Assembly: GCA_040285825.1 (NCBI GenBank)
Contig: JAUPSS010000004.1
Span: 5,237,784 to 5,301,783 of the forward strand
Source: Eukaryota sp. TZLM1-RC
Lineage: Eukaryota; Protista; Metamonada: BaSk clade
Reading direction: 5' to 3'
Length of the DNA stretch: 64,000 nucleotides
In this document: positions 24,201 through 36,810 of the stretch, piece after piece
Layout: each line of letters opens with the position of its first letter
Numbering within the stretch: position 1 is the stretch's first letter
Program-made: the position numbers and the translations under genes
Notes under the pieces: generated by a model
Told to the model about the DNA's origin: nothing
Database searches by the model: none
What the model saw: only the letters and a program-made list of their open reading frames with translations

Positions 24201-24707
24201 ATAAAGACTTTTAGAGACAAAACCGTAATAAATGACAACAGTCGGAGTGACAGAATCCTACCTCCAATAGCAAAGTTTCTGCCATTGCTGAATCACTATT
24301 GAAAATGCATCTTGGGAGGTAAAATTTCAATTGGTTTTGAACAATAATGAATGCAAAACCTTGTACAGAAAAAAGTTCATTGAGGGCACAAGTGTCCATA
24401 GGAAGCAGTAGTCTTTTGTTGCAGCCACATCTGTGCCTTGAAAGACCAACTTCATCAGCGAAAAGGACGTTATTTGAAAGTTGCAACGAATAACTACAAC
24501 ATCAGCACCTCGTACCATCCATGCTTGAGTGCATGCAGGTGTGAAACATGACAAAAAGTACTGTGATCAAAATGCAGTGATAATTGACCTAAATGATAAA
24601 CAATGGAAGACAAAGATGGCTCAAAACAGTTTTAAACTTTCCTCTTACAACCGCCAATCAGCAACCTTTTGCAAGTCAGCTTCTTTTTACCTATTTAGAG
24701 CAATACA

Positions 24708-25570
24708 ATGGTATCTAGAATCGGTAAATACAAGGTCTGTAGAACTATTGCCCAAGGATCTTCTGGAAAGGTGAAGGAGTGTATTGATAATGATGGTCAG
24801 CGATATGCGATCAAAATCATTGATGTTTCTACTACAAAAGCCAACCAGACACTTGAAAACATTAAACGGGAAGTTTGTGTTTTGAAGGAGTTTAGTACAA
24901 TACACCCCAACATTTGTACTCTCCATAAAGTGTTGTGCTCTTCGCATAAACTATTCTTGGTCTTTGACTACTGTGAAACCGATCTGTACGAACTCATTTT
25001 CAAGAAACATAACCTGTCAGAGGATCGTGCCGCCTGCTACTTTTATCAAATATGTGAAGCACTACATGCTCTTCATTCCCACTCTATCGCACATAGAGGT
25101 TTGTCTTTAAGCCACTTACCATAGACATTAAGCCAGAAAACATTCTTCTCATCAATGAGTCCATTAGAATCTCAGATTTTGGTCTCTCGCGCATTGTATA
25201 CAACTCTTGTGCCTCTACATTCGTCGGGACCATCTACTACTGTGCTCCAGAAATTCTGAATGCTTATTTTGACAAAAACAAGAAGTACAATGCCTTCAAA
25301 TCAGACATTTGGTCACTTGGGGCGGTTCTGTATTGTATGCTTGTAGGACATTTCCCATTCCACTCACCAGATCAAGAAGAATTGGTCACGCTGATTTGTT
25401 CGGCTAAGTTCAGTATTCCAACATTCATTTCAGATTCAGCCAAGAATCTCTTGAAGAGAATTCTAGTAGCTGACCCTGGTGACCGTATTTCTCTAGCTAT
25501 GATCTTGCAACATCATTGGTTCGTGGAACAAGGTGTAGGTGTAGTGAATGGTAAAACGGAAAAATTGTAA
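24708..25570 (+). CDS. CAMK-group (SNF1/CIPK-like) Ser/Thr kinase; exons 24708-25098 and 25125-25570 (~278 aa)
   Basis: GSSGKV and YAIK. HRDIKPEN is formed only after removing a 26-nt intron. DFG, APE and SDIWSLG follow in an open frame. Confidence 0.92.
25099..25124 (+). other. Spliceosomal intron, 26 nt
   Basis: GTTTGT...CACTTACCATAG; splits the catalytic Asp codon (G|AC) of HRD. Confidence 0.9.
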
Positions 25571-26759
25571 ATTTACTGAAGTTGACTTTTTCAAAAAATT
25601 CAACATAGGACAATTGAGCTCCAAAGTTGTGTAATATTGTAAAAAAAAGGAAACGTTTCAACTAGTGACAGATGATATTTGAGCACTAATGAAACACTAT
25701 TTTTTAATTTATTATTTATAATTCTATTATAAATCATGTTTATTCTTTCTGTTGTTGGCCAAATATTTTTCATTTAACTTATTTTTGTGCAAAGGGTTTT
25801 TGTTAGTTTCAATTTTCTCAACAGTGACTTTTCCATGCATTTACTTTGTGACATTGCTGGGATCAATGAGTTTGATTTAATGAGTTTAATGTTCTAAAGG
25901 TGTTATTTATGGCTGTACTATCTACGTCAAAATGTTGAAATTCTATTAGTGAATATTTACAATACTAAATACTTTGATGATCTGTGGGAGTTATGGTACA
26001 TGTATACCTGAGGATGTAGAGTAATTCATGACGAAGGCAAAAGGGTTTCCTTCGACTTAAGCGCTAGAACGCAATTGAACATTGAACTAGAATTAACTAT
26101 AAAGATATAAACTAATCTAAAACTAATACAAAATAATAAAGCTAGCCACGGCTAACAAATTGATGAATAAATATCACATCAAGGCATTTGCTTTTGTTGC
26201 AGACTAATCGTAACAGGGTCAAATTAATGACATTGTGTTAACACCATAACATCACAGTTTCTAGAAGACTTGATTTGAGTTTTTGCACCAAAAGTGTACT
26301 CACTTGGACTGATCATCTGCGTTGTACATCATCAGCAGAAAAAACTCAATTTCACAAATACTGTCAAAAAAAGTACTCATGCAGAAAAAAGCACAAACTA
26401 CACCATAAACTTTAACATTTACCAAAAAACTAATAGAACTTATAGTACAAATTGTGCCCTTCAACTCAAATACAATTCTAGGATGTAAGTGGTAGAATTA
26501 AATAATGTGTCTTTAACCAGGAAACATACCCAGAAATTCATTGAATTATGATTTCCAATGGAAAATTCTGATCTTCTCACATTCTGTTTATTCTTACCTT
26601 GGTTCGATTGAAAAACGGTTATTTTTGTATTGATGACTGCAAATTCGTTAGCGCCAAAGGGATACCATCTCTGCTTTTCTTTTCTCTAACTGTCATTGGA
26701 ATACACTACGTGTGTCCTTTAAAGTTAGTTTTCTACTTATTGAATAAATCAAAGCAATA

Positions 26760-28500
26760 CACCCAAATCAGCAGGACAAAATAAATGACTTCGAATCAAA
26801 AATTCATAAACTTCTAATAAAGAAGAAAGAAATCTGACCCGAACGGGTGATAGTGCAGATCTGCAAAAATTGATAGATACCGCGGGGAAGGTTGATCTTT
26901 AAATATAAGTGAATTTTCCAGAATAACAAATTTTAAAGATAAAAAATGAGATGAGTTTTATAATGTCACATTATGCAATAAAACTAAGATCCTATTTTTT
27001 ATATGACTCTTCTTTTATCCAACAACAAATATGAAAACATAAAATACACAATTAAAACTCCACATCCTCAAAACCTGCCTCCCCTACATCAAAACAATTA
27101 ATTGCCAAAGATTCAGAAAATTTCCCAAAAGAAGACAGTGAATCAGAAATCAGTTTTACCATTTTCTTAAAAATAGAAAATACAATCCTGTTTTGCCAGT
27201 GAACACGATGGAAAATTCTTCCAGTTCTTTCCTTTACAACTACAACAAAATCCTAAAGGAAAGCCATAACAGCCTTACCCAAAGATCCAAGCAAAGAAAA
27301 TACAAAGGGACATAAATTATATTGGGCATGAGAATTTTCATTAATCGAGGAAATGGGTTTCGCATATTGAGCAATTTTATATTTTTCGCCTGCAAGAAGA
27401 GGATTATTTACATCCGAGTTAATGAGATGTTCGTTAGAGGAATTACAAGGGTCAATAGACATGGCGTCTAAAATAGTAAAACTACCATTTAAACCGGGAA
27501 CAACTAGATCACCTCTTGTCAGACCCATAGAAGCTCTGTTGTAACGCGTACTATCTATATTAGGATCATCAAGAATCAATTTTGATAACAGCGGTTTCAA
27601 AAAGGAATCTACTCGATATGATTTGCACATTACATAAATTTGGTCCCTGACTTATTATGTACTTTACCTCTAAATGTAGTAAAATGTTTACAGTTCAAAA
27701 GATGAGTAAACAAAAGAAGTTTACCACATTTACAAGTTAAATGATTGGGCAAATTGTTTGGCCACAGAAAACAACGAAAACGCATGGTTAAAAGCTATTC
27801 ATTGTTTTTTAACAAAAGTCCATAAACAGAGGGAACTTGAGTTACTAAAGCAGCAGCTGAACTATCACGAATATCCTTTAAAAAATTACCGAAAGCGGAA
27901 TTTTTAGTTTTGGCCAAGCCAAGTCTTACTTCTTAATTCAAGCCTTCATATAATTTAACCAGATGGTACTGAAGCTTTTTCAAGCAAAAACGTTAATTTG
28001 GAAGTAATCGGGTGGGCATTTCTTGAATATTTTGAGGAAAACACTGAATCCAGATATCACTAGGCAAATTATCTAATTCAATTTGAAGTTGATTCAAATA
28101 AAAATTTGATTCACCATGGATCAGATGAACATCATAAGGAAACCTTTGAAAAAATTCAAAAACAGAATTTTTTCCACCTCCTAAAAAAGCTGCTTTACAT
28201 AAAATCGAAGATTTCGTGAAACCAATTCCACCATAATCAGCAGAACAAAAAACATGATTTCGAATTAAAGATTCATTTACCTCCAATAATGAGGAAAAAA
28301 ATTTGACCCGAAGTTTGTTGAAAGATCTACAAAAATCAAGAGATACTGAAGGAGGAGTTGACCTTAAAATATGAGTGAATTTTCCAGAATTTGATGTGTT
28401 TTTCGATATCAAATTCAGCATTAAAACTAAGATTTTTGTCAAAATTCTTCAATAAATTGTTCAATTGGGAATAAATTTCATCCAAATTACCTAACCAACA
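26760..28500 (-). mobile_element. Decayed RLE non-LTR retrotransposon fragments (family B plus adjacent piece)
   Basis: ORFs 27253..27630 and 27993..28442: YGGIGF, CKCG..H..NC, RGDLVV, DAMSID, EKYK..Y, PFVFS..G.LG. Confidence 0.85.
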
Positions 28501-28524
28501 TCCAAGAAGTGCCAAAATGCCAAA

Positions 28525-29610
28525 ATGCCAAGAAGCACTTTGAGATCAACATCACCATCAATTTCTTTGGAGTTTTGTCGCATTTTTAATGAACAAGGAA
28601 CCAATTTTTTAGCAAAATTATTGAAAATTGATGCATCTCAGTTACGAAGCCACATTTTTTGTGGTACAAATTTTGGTGGTGTTGATTTTCATAAATCAAG
28701 CTACCTTTGTAAAGCTGCCTTTATTGGAGGTGGAAAGAATTTTATTTATGAATTTGTGAATCGTTTTCCTGAAAAAAATCATCTCATTGAAAATTGTGGC
28801 AGCTCTTATCTTATTTCTTTGCACCAGGAAATTGAAACTCTTTCACCAAGTATTTGGTCTCAATGTTCTCCCTCTGATATTGTGGAACTTCCTTCAAGAA
28901 GCTTGCTCTCCTTACCACTGACTGTTGCAAAATTGCAGAAAAAAATCTTGAAAGTTTTAGAAAACTTGGATTATATTGTACGTCTTAGCTTGGCCAAGGA
29001 AAAAAATCCCGTTTTTGCAAACTTTTTGATTGATCTTGAAGACAGTTGTTCAAGTTGCCTAATTTCCCAAATTCCCAACATTTATGGCCTTCTACTTAAT
29101 GATCACCAATGGATTACTGCAATGAGAATGAGATGTTTTCTATGGCCTTGTTCATTACCAAATGATTTAATTTGTCGCTGCAAGAGTGTTGTTACGCTTT
29201 CCCATATTTTAAACTGTAAGTATTTTATAACTTATCGCTCAATTGTTCATGACTCAGTTCGTGATCAATTATATGCCATGTGCCAAGGTTTCAATATAGA
29301 GGCATTTATTGAGCCATTAGTACGTAAGCTGTCTTCATATCAAACTGATGATTCCTTTGGTAAAAGAAGGGCAGATTTAGTAGCTCCAGGGATCGATGGT
29401 GTTCTCAATGTTGTAGATGTTGTCTCGGTTGATGTTTGCAAAAATTCTGCTGCTCGTTTAGTGTTTTCCGCTGATTCGCCGTTATCTAACGCCAAAAGAA
29501 AGAAGATAAAAAATATGAAGAACCTTTGGCACAGTTAGGTAGAGTGGAACATGTGAAATACCAGTTTGTGCCGTTTGCCATTTCTCTTTTTGGCAATATT
29601 GGACCTTCAG
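28525..29610 (+). mobile_element. RLE non-LTR retrotransposon 3' half (family C)
   Basis: 337-aa ORF with CRC..H..NC, HDSVRD, RRADLV, VVDV; lies head-to-head with the family B copy. Confidence 0.85.
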
Positions 29611-29611
29611 G

Positions 29612-30700
29612 GTTGCACTGATGGTGTAAGTTGCTCATTACATCTTAAACGAAAACTTAAAGCCTGGAAGAGTCACCTCAAAGAGCCCGAAAAGGGTCAA
29701 AAAATACCGTACTTGACTGATTTTCCACGGGATGAGCTTATAAATATTACCTTCACAATAATTGACCCTGGTAGACCAATTGATGGTTTTAAAACGAAAA
29801 TTAAACTGCCCAAATCCCAACATGTTAACTCAACCACACTCAACCCCAACATATTCAAGATTAGAATGGAACAAATGGCATCATGATGAAAACAAAGGAA
29901 GAAAAAGAGGATTTATTAACAAAATGAAAAGAAACAAAAAGATAAAACAAAATCCTCCTACTCCAAATGAAAACAAGAAAACAAGACTAAAAGAATATAC
30001 TTTCAAGAGGTTGACTGCTCCTCAACGAAGAAGAGAAACTCTGAACAAAGACCATCAAAAATTCTATATAAGGATGCTAAAAAAACATGGATTATTCAAA
30101 ACAAAACTGTAAAGGAGTGGGAAGAAGAATTACAACAATCTTCTAAAAAACTCTAGATCATGAAAAATTCCTAATACTACAAGGCAACTTTTCTCCACAT
30201 GATGGAGCTTGTTACTTTAATAAAGAATTGAGATTCATAAAACTGCGAAGATTCATGGCCACAGAGATTTGAAGCAAAATGGATGAATGAATTCGAAAAT
30301 AAGTTTGGAGGTCCAGAAGATAACATTGTAGTGATGGGTGATTGAAAGCAAACCAATTTTAAACATCAAGCACCTACAAAGAATGTTGGTTATCGAAAGA
30401 TGATTAAAAAACGTAACTTCCATCTATTGCTGCTGGACGAATATAGATCAAGTTGTAGATGTCATGTATGTGTACTCAAGAGAAAAGAAGGTGAAAATGT
30501 AAGGAACCATCGAGTACCTAATCCAAGAGAGCAAAGACTCCAACGGTCCTTAGACATGGATTACTCGCTTGCAAGAAGCGTGGATATCTATGGAATCGTA
30601 ATGTCATTGATGTTCATGGTATGATTCATGTTGTGAATCGGTGTCTTAAAGGATATGAAAAAACTCAAGTTTTGAAAAGATCAACATTATTCATTTCACA
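29612..30700 (+). pseudogene. Fanzor (eukaryotic TnpB-like RNA-guided nuclease) remnant 1
   Basis: Read across frameshifts: TDGVSCS, IIDPG (RuvC-I), VVMGD*, LLDEYRSSCRCHVC (RuvC-II plus Zn), HGLLACK..LWNR (RuvC-III region). Confidence 0.8.
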
Positions 30701-30753
30701 TTCCAGTAATCTAAACGGGTTACTACTATTTGACATCTTTGTGCTATTAACTG

Positions 30754-33126
30754 ATGTCCGTTGAGAACCGCAAAAATGAAGTCACTGAACTTCGCAATCT
30801 TCTTGATAGCCCTTCAGTCGAGTCTGATTCTAAAAAGCGCGTTGAGGCTCTCAAACGTGTGATTGAAGCAATGACTCTCGGCATTGACCTCTCTCCTCTC
30901 TTTTCTAAGCTCATTATGATGGCAAGCTCTCGTGACCCAGTTGAAAAGAAACTTGTCTATCTCTATCTCTGCAACTACGCCGAATCCTCCCCTGACCTCG
31001 CCATGCTTGTCGTCAACACCCTCCTCAAGGACTGTTCTGACGGCGACCCTGCTACCCGCGGCTTTGCTCTTCGTCAGCTCTGCAACCTTCGCGCCTCCAC
31101 TGTCATTGAGTATATCCATGACCCCATCAAAACAGGCCTTACAGATAGGTCTTCATATGTTCGCCGTACTGCAGTTCTTGGAACCCTTCGCCTCTTTAAA
31201 TCGCACGCCCAAAACTTTGACCATGTAACCTTTGTACCTGCTCTTTTTTCCCGGCTTTCTGATGCTGATCCCCAGGTCCAAGTCAATGCAGTAATAGTAC
31301 TTTCTGAAATCTATCAATCTTGGAATAAACCTTTACCTTTACCAAGAAATTGCATCGTCGGATTACTCAACAATATTACCAATCTTCCTTGCTTTTTACA
31401 GGCAATTGTGTTAGAGTTAACTTCACTGATTCAACCAAAAGATGATGAGGAATTATTTGCATTATTGAATATAGTTGATTCTTGCTTAGACAACTATGAG
31501 AATTGTGCAGTTTTGCTCGCTGCGGCCCACGTCATGATTCAATTAACCCGTAATCGATCAGATTTGATTGATGATGTGATATCACGTGTTTCTGAGCCTT
31601 TATTGCACATTATCAATGATGTAGATAAGCCTGAAATGTCTATAATAGCTCTATCACACGTCAAATCGCTGGTTAACCTTTCATCAACTTTTTCAACTAT
31701 TCCGGTCCTTAAGCATTTCCTTTTACGACGCTTTGATTCACTTTGCGCTGCCAAACTGAAAGTGAAAATACTTGCCCAAGCTGCTTTACGTTCAGATGAT
31801 ATTAGTGTGGTTGAGTGGACCTTGGAAGAGTTGGGTGCTCTTTTGTATCATCCTGAAACTGAGATTGCCACGTCAGCAGTTCAATCAATCAATTTGATCG
31901 GATGTAGACGTGATGAGCTACGTCATCGTGGTATTCGGTTGTTTGCTGAACTATTAGGTGATTCCACTGCCTTGGCTAATTCAACACTCTCTCTAGAACC
32001 TATTCATTTCAGTTGTTGCGTGGCACTACGTCAGTTAGTCTCCATTACGGATCTTGATTCAGATAACCAAGGTTTCATAGTGTCCTTGGTCTGTAGATTG
32101 TTGTCGTTCAATGGTGGCTCGCTTTTCATTAAGGAAAATAACAAGAATGAGTTAAGGAGTGAAGCTTTTATCGCCTTTATTTGGTTATTAGGACATTTTG
32201 CTGAACTCATTCCCGAAAGTGCATATCTTTTGGAACAATTTGCCACTCCTTTTGTCTTTAATTCTCTGAATTTTATCAGTCAATATCAATTAATTAATTC
32301 AACAATTAGCGTTTTCCTAAAACACAAAGCTAGATGTGCTCCTGTAATCAAAGCCATTTTTTCATTAGGTAATACCTCCACATTTAGTTCGATCAGAACT
32401 AGGGTTGGAGTGTTTTCTCGGTTAATTAAGCAAAAAGATTTGGAAAATTTGGAATTAGTAATTCGTGACGACCAGGAAGAGTACAAGTTACTTTCTGAAG
32501 TGGATTACGATGCTTCTATGCAAAAATTAGAAGATTTTAATTCAATCAAATTGATTGACGGTCATAATCAAAACGCAGTTTCCTCTGAAGTCAGCGGAGA
32601 TTCTGAGGTGGTCAAGCTAAAGTCTAGGATTAGGTTGGTTGAATCATTTGAATTCAATCAAATTGTCCAATCAATTTCAGGATCTGAGAATGATGAATAT
32701 AATTACGGACAAGGCGATGAAAACAATGAGGTTGAATCTGATTTATTGACTTTTGAAGGTGTTTCCAAGTCTGAAATTGATGTTTTACAGCTTTTATCTT
32801 CTATTCAAATTTCTCCGCAGCAATTCCAGTCATGGTGGGGTAGCTATTCAGGTGAATTAATAGTAAAAAAATCCATTGTCCACAACTACCAGAATGAAAA
32901 AAGTGTTGTTTCTGCTTTACAAGATTTATTTGAAAACAAATTAAAGATTATAGCTTCAGGAATGCCCAATAATGCTGTCAAGATTTTCTTTGCCGTTTCC
33001 TTGAATGAAAGACCTTTGTTGTGTCAATTGGACATTACAGGAAGAACGTTAGCATTGACTAGCAAATTTGAAGGTGGGTTAGATCAGGATTATGTAGCTG
33101 GACTTTTGGAAGAAATTATATTGTAG
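30754..33126 (+). CDS. AP4B1: Adaptor protein complex beta subunit, probably AP-4 beta
   Basis: Adaptin_N motifs MTLGIDLS, KKLVYLYL, NTLLKDC.D.DP..RG.ALR, YVRRTA. Short appendage with QFQSWW and IIASG, as in beta-4. Confidence 0.75.
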   Translation: MSVENRKNEVTELRNLLDSPSVESDSKKRVEALKRVIEAMTLGIDLSPLFSKLIMMASSRDPVEKKLVYLYLCNYAESSPDLAMLVVNTLLKDCSDGDPATRGFALRQLCNLRASTVIEYIHDPIKTGLTDRSSYVRRTAVLGTLRLFKSHAQNFDHVTFVPALFSRLSDADPQVQVNAVIVLSEIYQSWNKPLPLPRNCIVGLLNNITNLPCFLQAIVLELTSLIQPKDDEELFALLNIVDSCLDNYENCAVLLAAAHVMIQLTRNRSDLIDDVISRVSEPLLHIINDVDKPEMSIIALSHVKSLVNLSSTFSTIPVLKHFLLRRFDSLCAAKLKVKILAQAALRSDDISVVEWTLEELGALLYHPETEIATSAVQSINLIGCRRDELRHRGIRLFAELLGDSTALANSTLSLEPIHFSCCVALRQLVSITDLDSDNQGFIVSLVCRLLSFNGGSLFIKENNKNELRSEAFIAFIWLLGHFAELIPESAYLLEQFATPFVFNSLNFISQYQLINSTISVFLKHKARCAPVIKAIFSLGNTSTFSSIRTRVGVFSRLIKQKDLENLELVIRDDQEEYKLLSEVDYDASMQKLEDFNSIKLIDGHNQNAVSSEVSGDSEVVKLKSRIRLVESFEFNQIVQSISGSENDEYNYGQGDENNEVESDLLTFEGVSKSEIDVLQLLSSIQISPQQFQSWWGSYSGELIVKKSIVHNYQNEKSVVSALQDLFENKLKIIASGMPNNAVKIFFAVSLNERPLLCQLDITGRTLALTSKFEGGLDQDYVAGLLEEIIL

Positions 33127-33399
33127 ATAATAATAAATTTTATTTTTATTAGTTTTTTTAATTCACTTTCATTTGATTTCATGAATTCACAATTACTAAA
33201 CGTACTTAGAAAATTTCCCTAAAAAATTCGCTAGCTATAAATGTTTTAGAAATCTTTCTATGAATTTAAAAAGAACAGCAAGTTCGCGTAAAAAAATTAA
33301 ACATTTTACAATATTCAGACCAGAGTCAATTGTTTTGAAACAATGTCGTCGTTGATAGCTTTCCTGTATATTTTTTTAAAAGTGACAAATATTAATAAT

Positions 33400-33985
33400 A
33401 TAATAATAGACCCTCTCTTTAGGCGCCACACTCTATATAAATATTTGAATAAACAAAAGAGTGAGGCTGTCTGGGTTAATCAATTAAAAGCCAACTTAAA
33501 TGCAGAGGCTAAAAATATAGTTAATGGTTTTGTGGTGATTGGGACGCTGAGATTAAACGAAAAGGTAAAGCCAGGACAATCAAAGGTGTTGGGCAAAAAA
33601 GAATTCTGAGAAAAGCTGGTATAAAAGTATACTTGGTAGATGAGTATCGTACCAGTAAGAGATGTGCTGCTTGTGTTGAGGATCATCCCGAAAGATATAC
33701 CAAATGCGATGTAAAGGTGAAAGATCCAAATGCATAAAAAAGATTCAAACGAAAAAGAAAGGGACTCAAGAATGATTTACGAGTGGCGAAAAAGAAGCAG
33801 TATGAAAGTGAGGTTATTAATAATCGTGGAGATAGACTCAAAGAAGTCGAACAAAGATGAATCAGAAAAAAAGGTGATGTCAAACTAGTCCCATGACATG
33901 GAGTGCTACACTGTCAAAACAGTGAATGTGGCATCTATTGGGATAGGGATGTTAACAGTGCTCTGAACATGTACAGGATTACGTA
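33400..33985 (+). pseudogene. Fanzor remnant 2 (C-terminal RuvC/Zn region)
   Basis: YLNKQKSEA, VVIGD, KGVGQKRILRKAGIKVYLVDEYRTSKRCAAC, HGVLHCQNSECGIYWDRDVNSALNM; internal stops; cut by a non-LTR 3' end at ~33990. Confidence 0.88.
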
Positions 33986-33989
33986 CAAA

Positions 33990-35147
33990 CAATCATCAAA
34001 TACACTAAAACTCCACATCCTCAAAATCTGCATCTCCTACATCGAAACAGTTAATTACTAAAGATTCAGAAAATTTACCAAAAGAAAAAAGTGAAACAGA
34101 AATCATTTTCACCATTCCCTTTATAGAAAATACAATACTGTTTTGCCAGTAAACACGATTGGAAATTGTTCCAGTTCTTTCTTTTACAACTACATTGAAA
34201 TCCTCACGGAAAAGCCAACGCAGCCTTACCTAAAGCTCCGAGCGGGGAAAAAACAAGGGGACATAAATTATATTGGGCATGAGAGTTTTCATTGACAGAG
34301 GAAATAAGTTTCGAGTATTTAGCAATTATGTATTTTTCGCCAGCAAGAAGAGGATTATTGACATCTGAGTTAATGAAATGTTTGTTAGAAGAATTACAAG
34401 GGTCAATGGACATGGCATCTAAAATAGTAAAACTACCATTTAAGGGAGGAACAACCAGATCACCTCCTGTCAGACCCATAGAAGCTCTGTTGTAGCGCGT
34501 ACTATCAATATTGGGATCATCGAGAATTCATTCTGATAGCAAAGGCTCTAAAAAGGAATCTACTCGATATGATTTGCACATTACAAAAATTTGGTCCCTG
34601 ACTTATTATGTACTTTACTTCTAAATGTAATAAAATGTTTACAGTTCAAAAGATGGGTAAACAAAAGAGGTTTACCACATTTACATGTTAAATGATTGGG
34701 CAAATTGTTTGACCATAGAAAACAACGAAAACGCATGTTCAAGAGCCATTCATTGTTTTTTAACAAAAGTTCATGAACAGAAAGAATTTGCATAAATAAA
34801 GCAGCAGTAGAACTACTACGAATGCCCTTTAAAAAATTTCCGAAAACGGGATTTTCAGTTTTGGTCAAGCCAAGTCTTACTTCATAATATAAGCTTTCAT
34901 TTAATTTAACCAACTGGTGCTGAAGCTTTTTCAGGCAAAAACACAAAATTTGGGAGTGATCGGTTAGGAACTTCTCGAACATTTGTAGGAAAACACTGAC
35001 TCCAGATATCACTAGGCAAATTTTCTAATTCAAATTGCAGTTGATTCAAGTAAAAATTTGATTCACCATTGATCAGATGAACATCAAAAGGGAATTTCTG
35101 AAAAAATTCAAAAATAAAATTTTCCCCAGCTCCTAAAAATGCTGCTT
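33990..35147 (-). mobile_element. RLE non-LTR fragment (family B)
   Basis: Closely parallels 27050-28190; ORFs 34204..34479 and 34581..35012. Confidence 0.85.
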
Positions 35148-35682
35148 ATGAATGAAAATGTAAGAGATTCAAAATATGGAAAACGACGTCCTGAAGTTGT
35201 TGTGCCCTCATTTGATGATGTCTTGAATGTTGTTGTTGTGATAACAGTGGATGTCTGTAAGAAAAATGCCTTGAAACATGCACAACCCGATGGATAACCC
35301 CTTGTTGATTCGGAATTGTACGAACGAAAGAAATATGCAAATCCTTTGAAAGAATTGAAACATGTTCGCCATGTGGATTACCAAATTTGCCCATCTGCTA
35401 TATCCTTATATGGACGTTTTGGAAAAACTGCCATAAATTTTATTGATGATTTTGAAAATCTTGTAAAAAGAAGAATGAATAAGTGTTTTGATCGTCGCTT
35501 GTGGCTAAATCGTATTGTTTTTACTATTTTCAAAACAATTCCTTAAATGATTTCGAAAGCTTTGATGTCTGTCAGTACACGTTACCGGGACATTGCTGTT
35601 GTAAGGTTTGATGGTGTCGAAGCTTGTTTTTAAGATATTGATTTTTAGACTGTATTTTTTCGAATAAATTAAATATATTTAG
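35148..35682 (+). mobile_element. 5'-truncated RLE non-LTR insertion (family D), nested antisense in another element
   Basis: RKKY, AISLYGRFG, WLNRIVF, then AATAAA. Flanked by AAAAA(T/C)GCTGCTT at 35135-35147 and 35683-35695. Same family as 60860-61750. Confidence 0.8.
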
Positions 35683-36390
35683 AAAAACGCTGCTTTACAC
35701 AGGATAAAAGATTTTGTAAAGCCGATTCCACCCAAATGAGTAGAACAAAATAATTATCTTCGAATCAAAGATTCATTAACGTCTAATAAAGAAGAAAATT
35801 TGACCCGAAGTGTGTTGAAAGATCTGCAAAAATTGATAGATACCGAGGGGGAAAGGTTGACCTTAAATTGTGAGTGAATTTTCCACAATAACAAATTTTC
35901 ACATGTTGGTACTTCAATAGTGAAATGTGAAAAGCACAAATGTTGAATGGATTCTTTTCTTCTTGATTGCAGATCAAAAGATGAATTGCCAGCTAATAGA
36001 ACAGAAGGACTAAGAGGATCGTTCTGTGTAAGAGCTGAAAGAGAAACAAAATCAAAATGAATATAAACTAAAGTTCTTCATTTTCCATACAAAATACAGA
36101 AAAAAGAGTCAATTTCAGAAAAAATGTTTGCAGCAAAGAAAAATAAAAGCATGGGATACCGAATTGTATTTATTGAATTTGCACACTTAATTTAATTGAC
36201 TCATAACTAATGGGACGACTATCATTGAACCAAGATTTCCTCTACAAAATCTTGATCTGCTTGCTGTCTAGCTAAAGCTTCTCTTATTCGATTGAAAAAC
36301 CGGGGTAATCTATTAATAATGGCAAATTGAATCCGTGAACGCCATAAAAATATATCAAATCTTTTCACTGTTTTTTCTTGCACCATTTTT
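35683..36390 (-). mobile_element. Decayed non-LTR RT/thumb fragment plus family A 3' fragment (36165-36390)
   Basis: KICYCGKFTH, FCRSFNTLR; family A 3' end at ~36170-36350. Confidence 0.7.
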
Positions 36391-36810
36391 ATGATACCAA
36401 ATTAAAAACATTTCTAATGCTAAATCACAAATACAACTAGATAAATGTGAACTAAAGAACAAAAGCAGTAGTATTGTCAATTGTTTTGCTTTTAAATTGG
36501 TGAGAACTGAAAAACATGTTTTGTTGCACCTTTGATTCTATCAGAAATAACAGAAGCAAGAATTCTGGCAAATTATCCTCAAAATGGAATTGTATTTTCA
36601 TTAGTCTTTTTAAGAGTGTACAGGCGATGTTTTCTACTATTCATAGTGCGTACTACATACAATATTGTAATTACAAGCAATTTTTTCACTCCATTGTTGG
36701 CTGAAAATTCATTGAAACTAACTGATGTCACATAAAACCGATCGATTAAAACGAGATCTCAGAGACAATTCGGACTCGCGCCACATTTTGAACCGTCTAT
36801 GATGATATAT

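Noticed and set aside
24211-24554. Cys-rich short minus-strand ORFs upstream of the kinase
   Set aside because: No recognisable motif and no convincing ATG or splice model.
26015-26157. Possible solo LTR (TGTAG...GGCTAACA)
   Set aside because: No matching TSD and no second copy in the window.
30341-33900. In-frame TGA at likely Trp positions of Fanzor remnants, suggesting TGA=Trp recoding
   Set aside because: Host genes (CPBP, eIF4E) end in TGA, the same remnants use TGG, and they carry frameshifts and TAA; simple TGG>TGA decay is sufficient.
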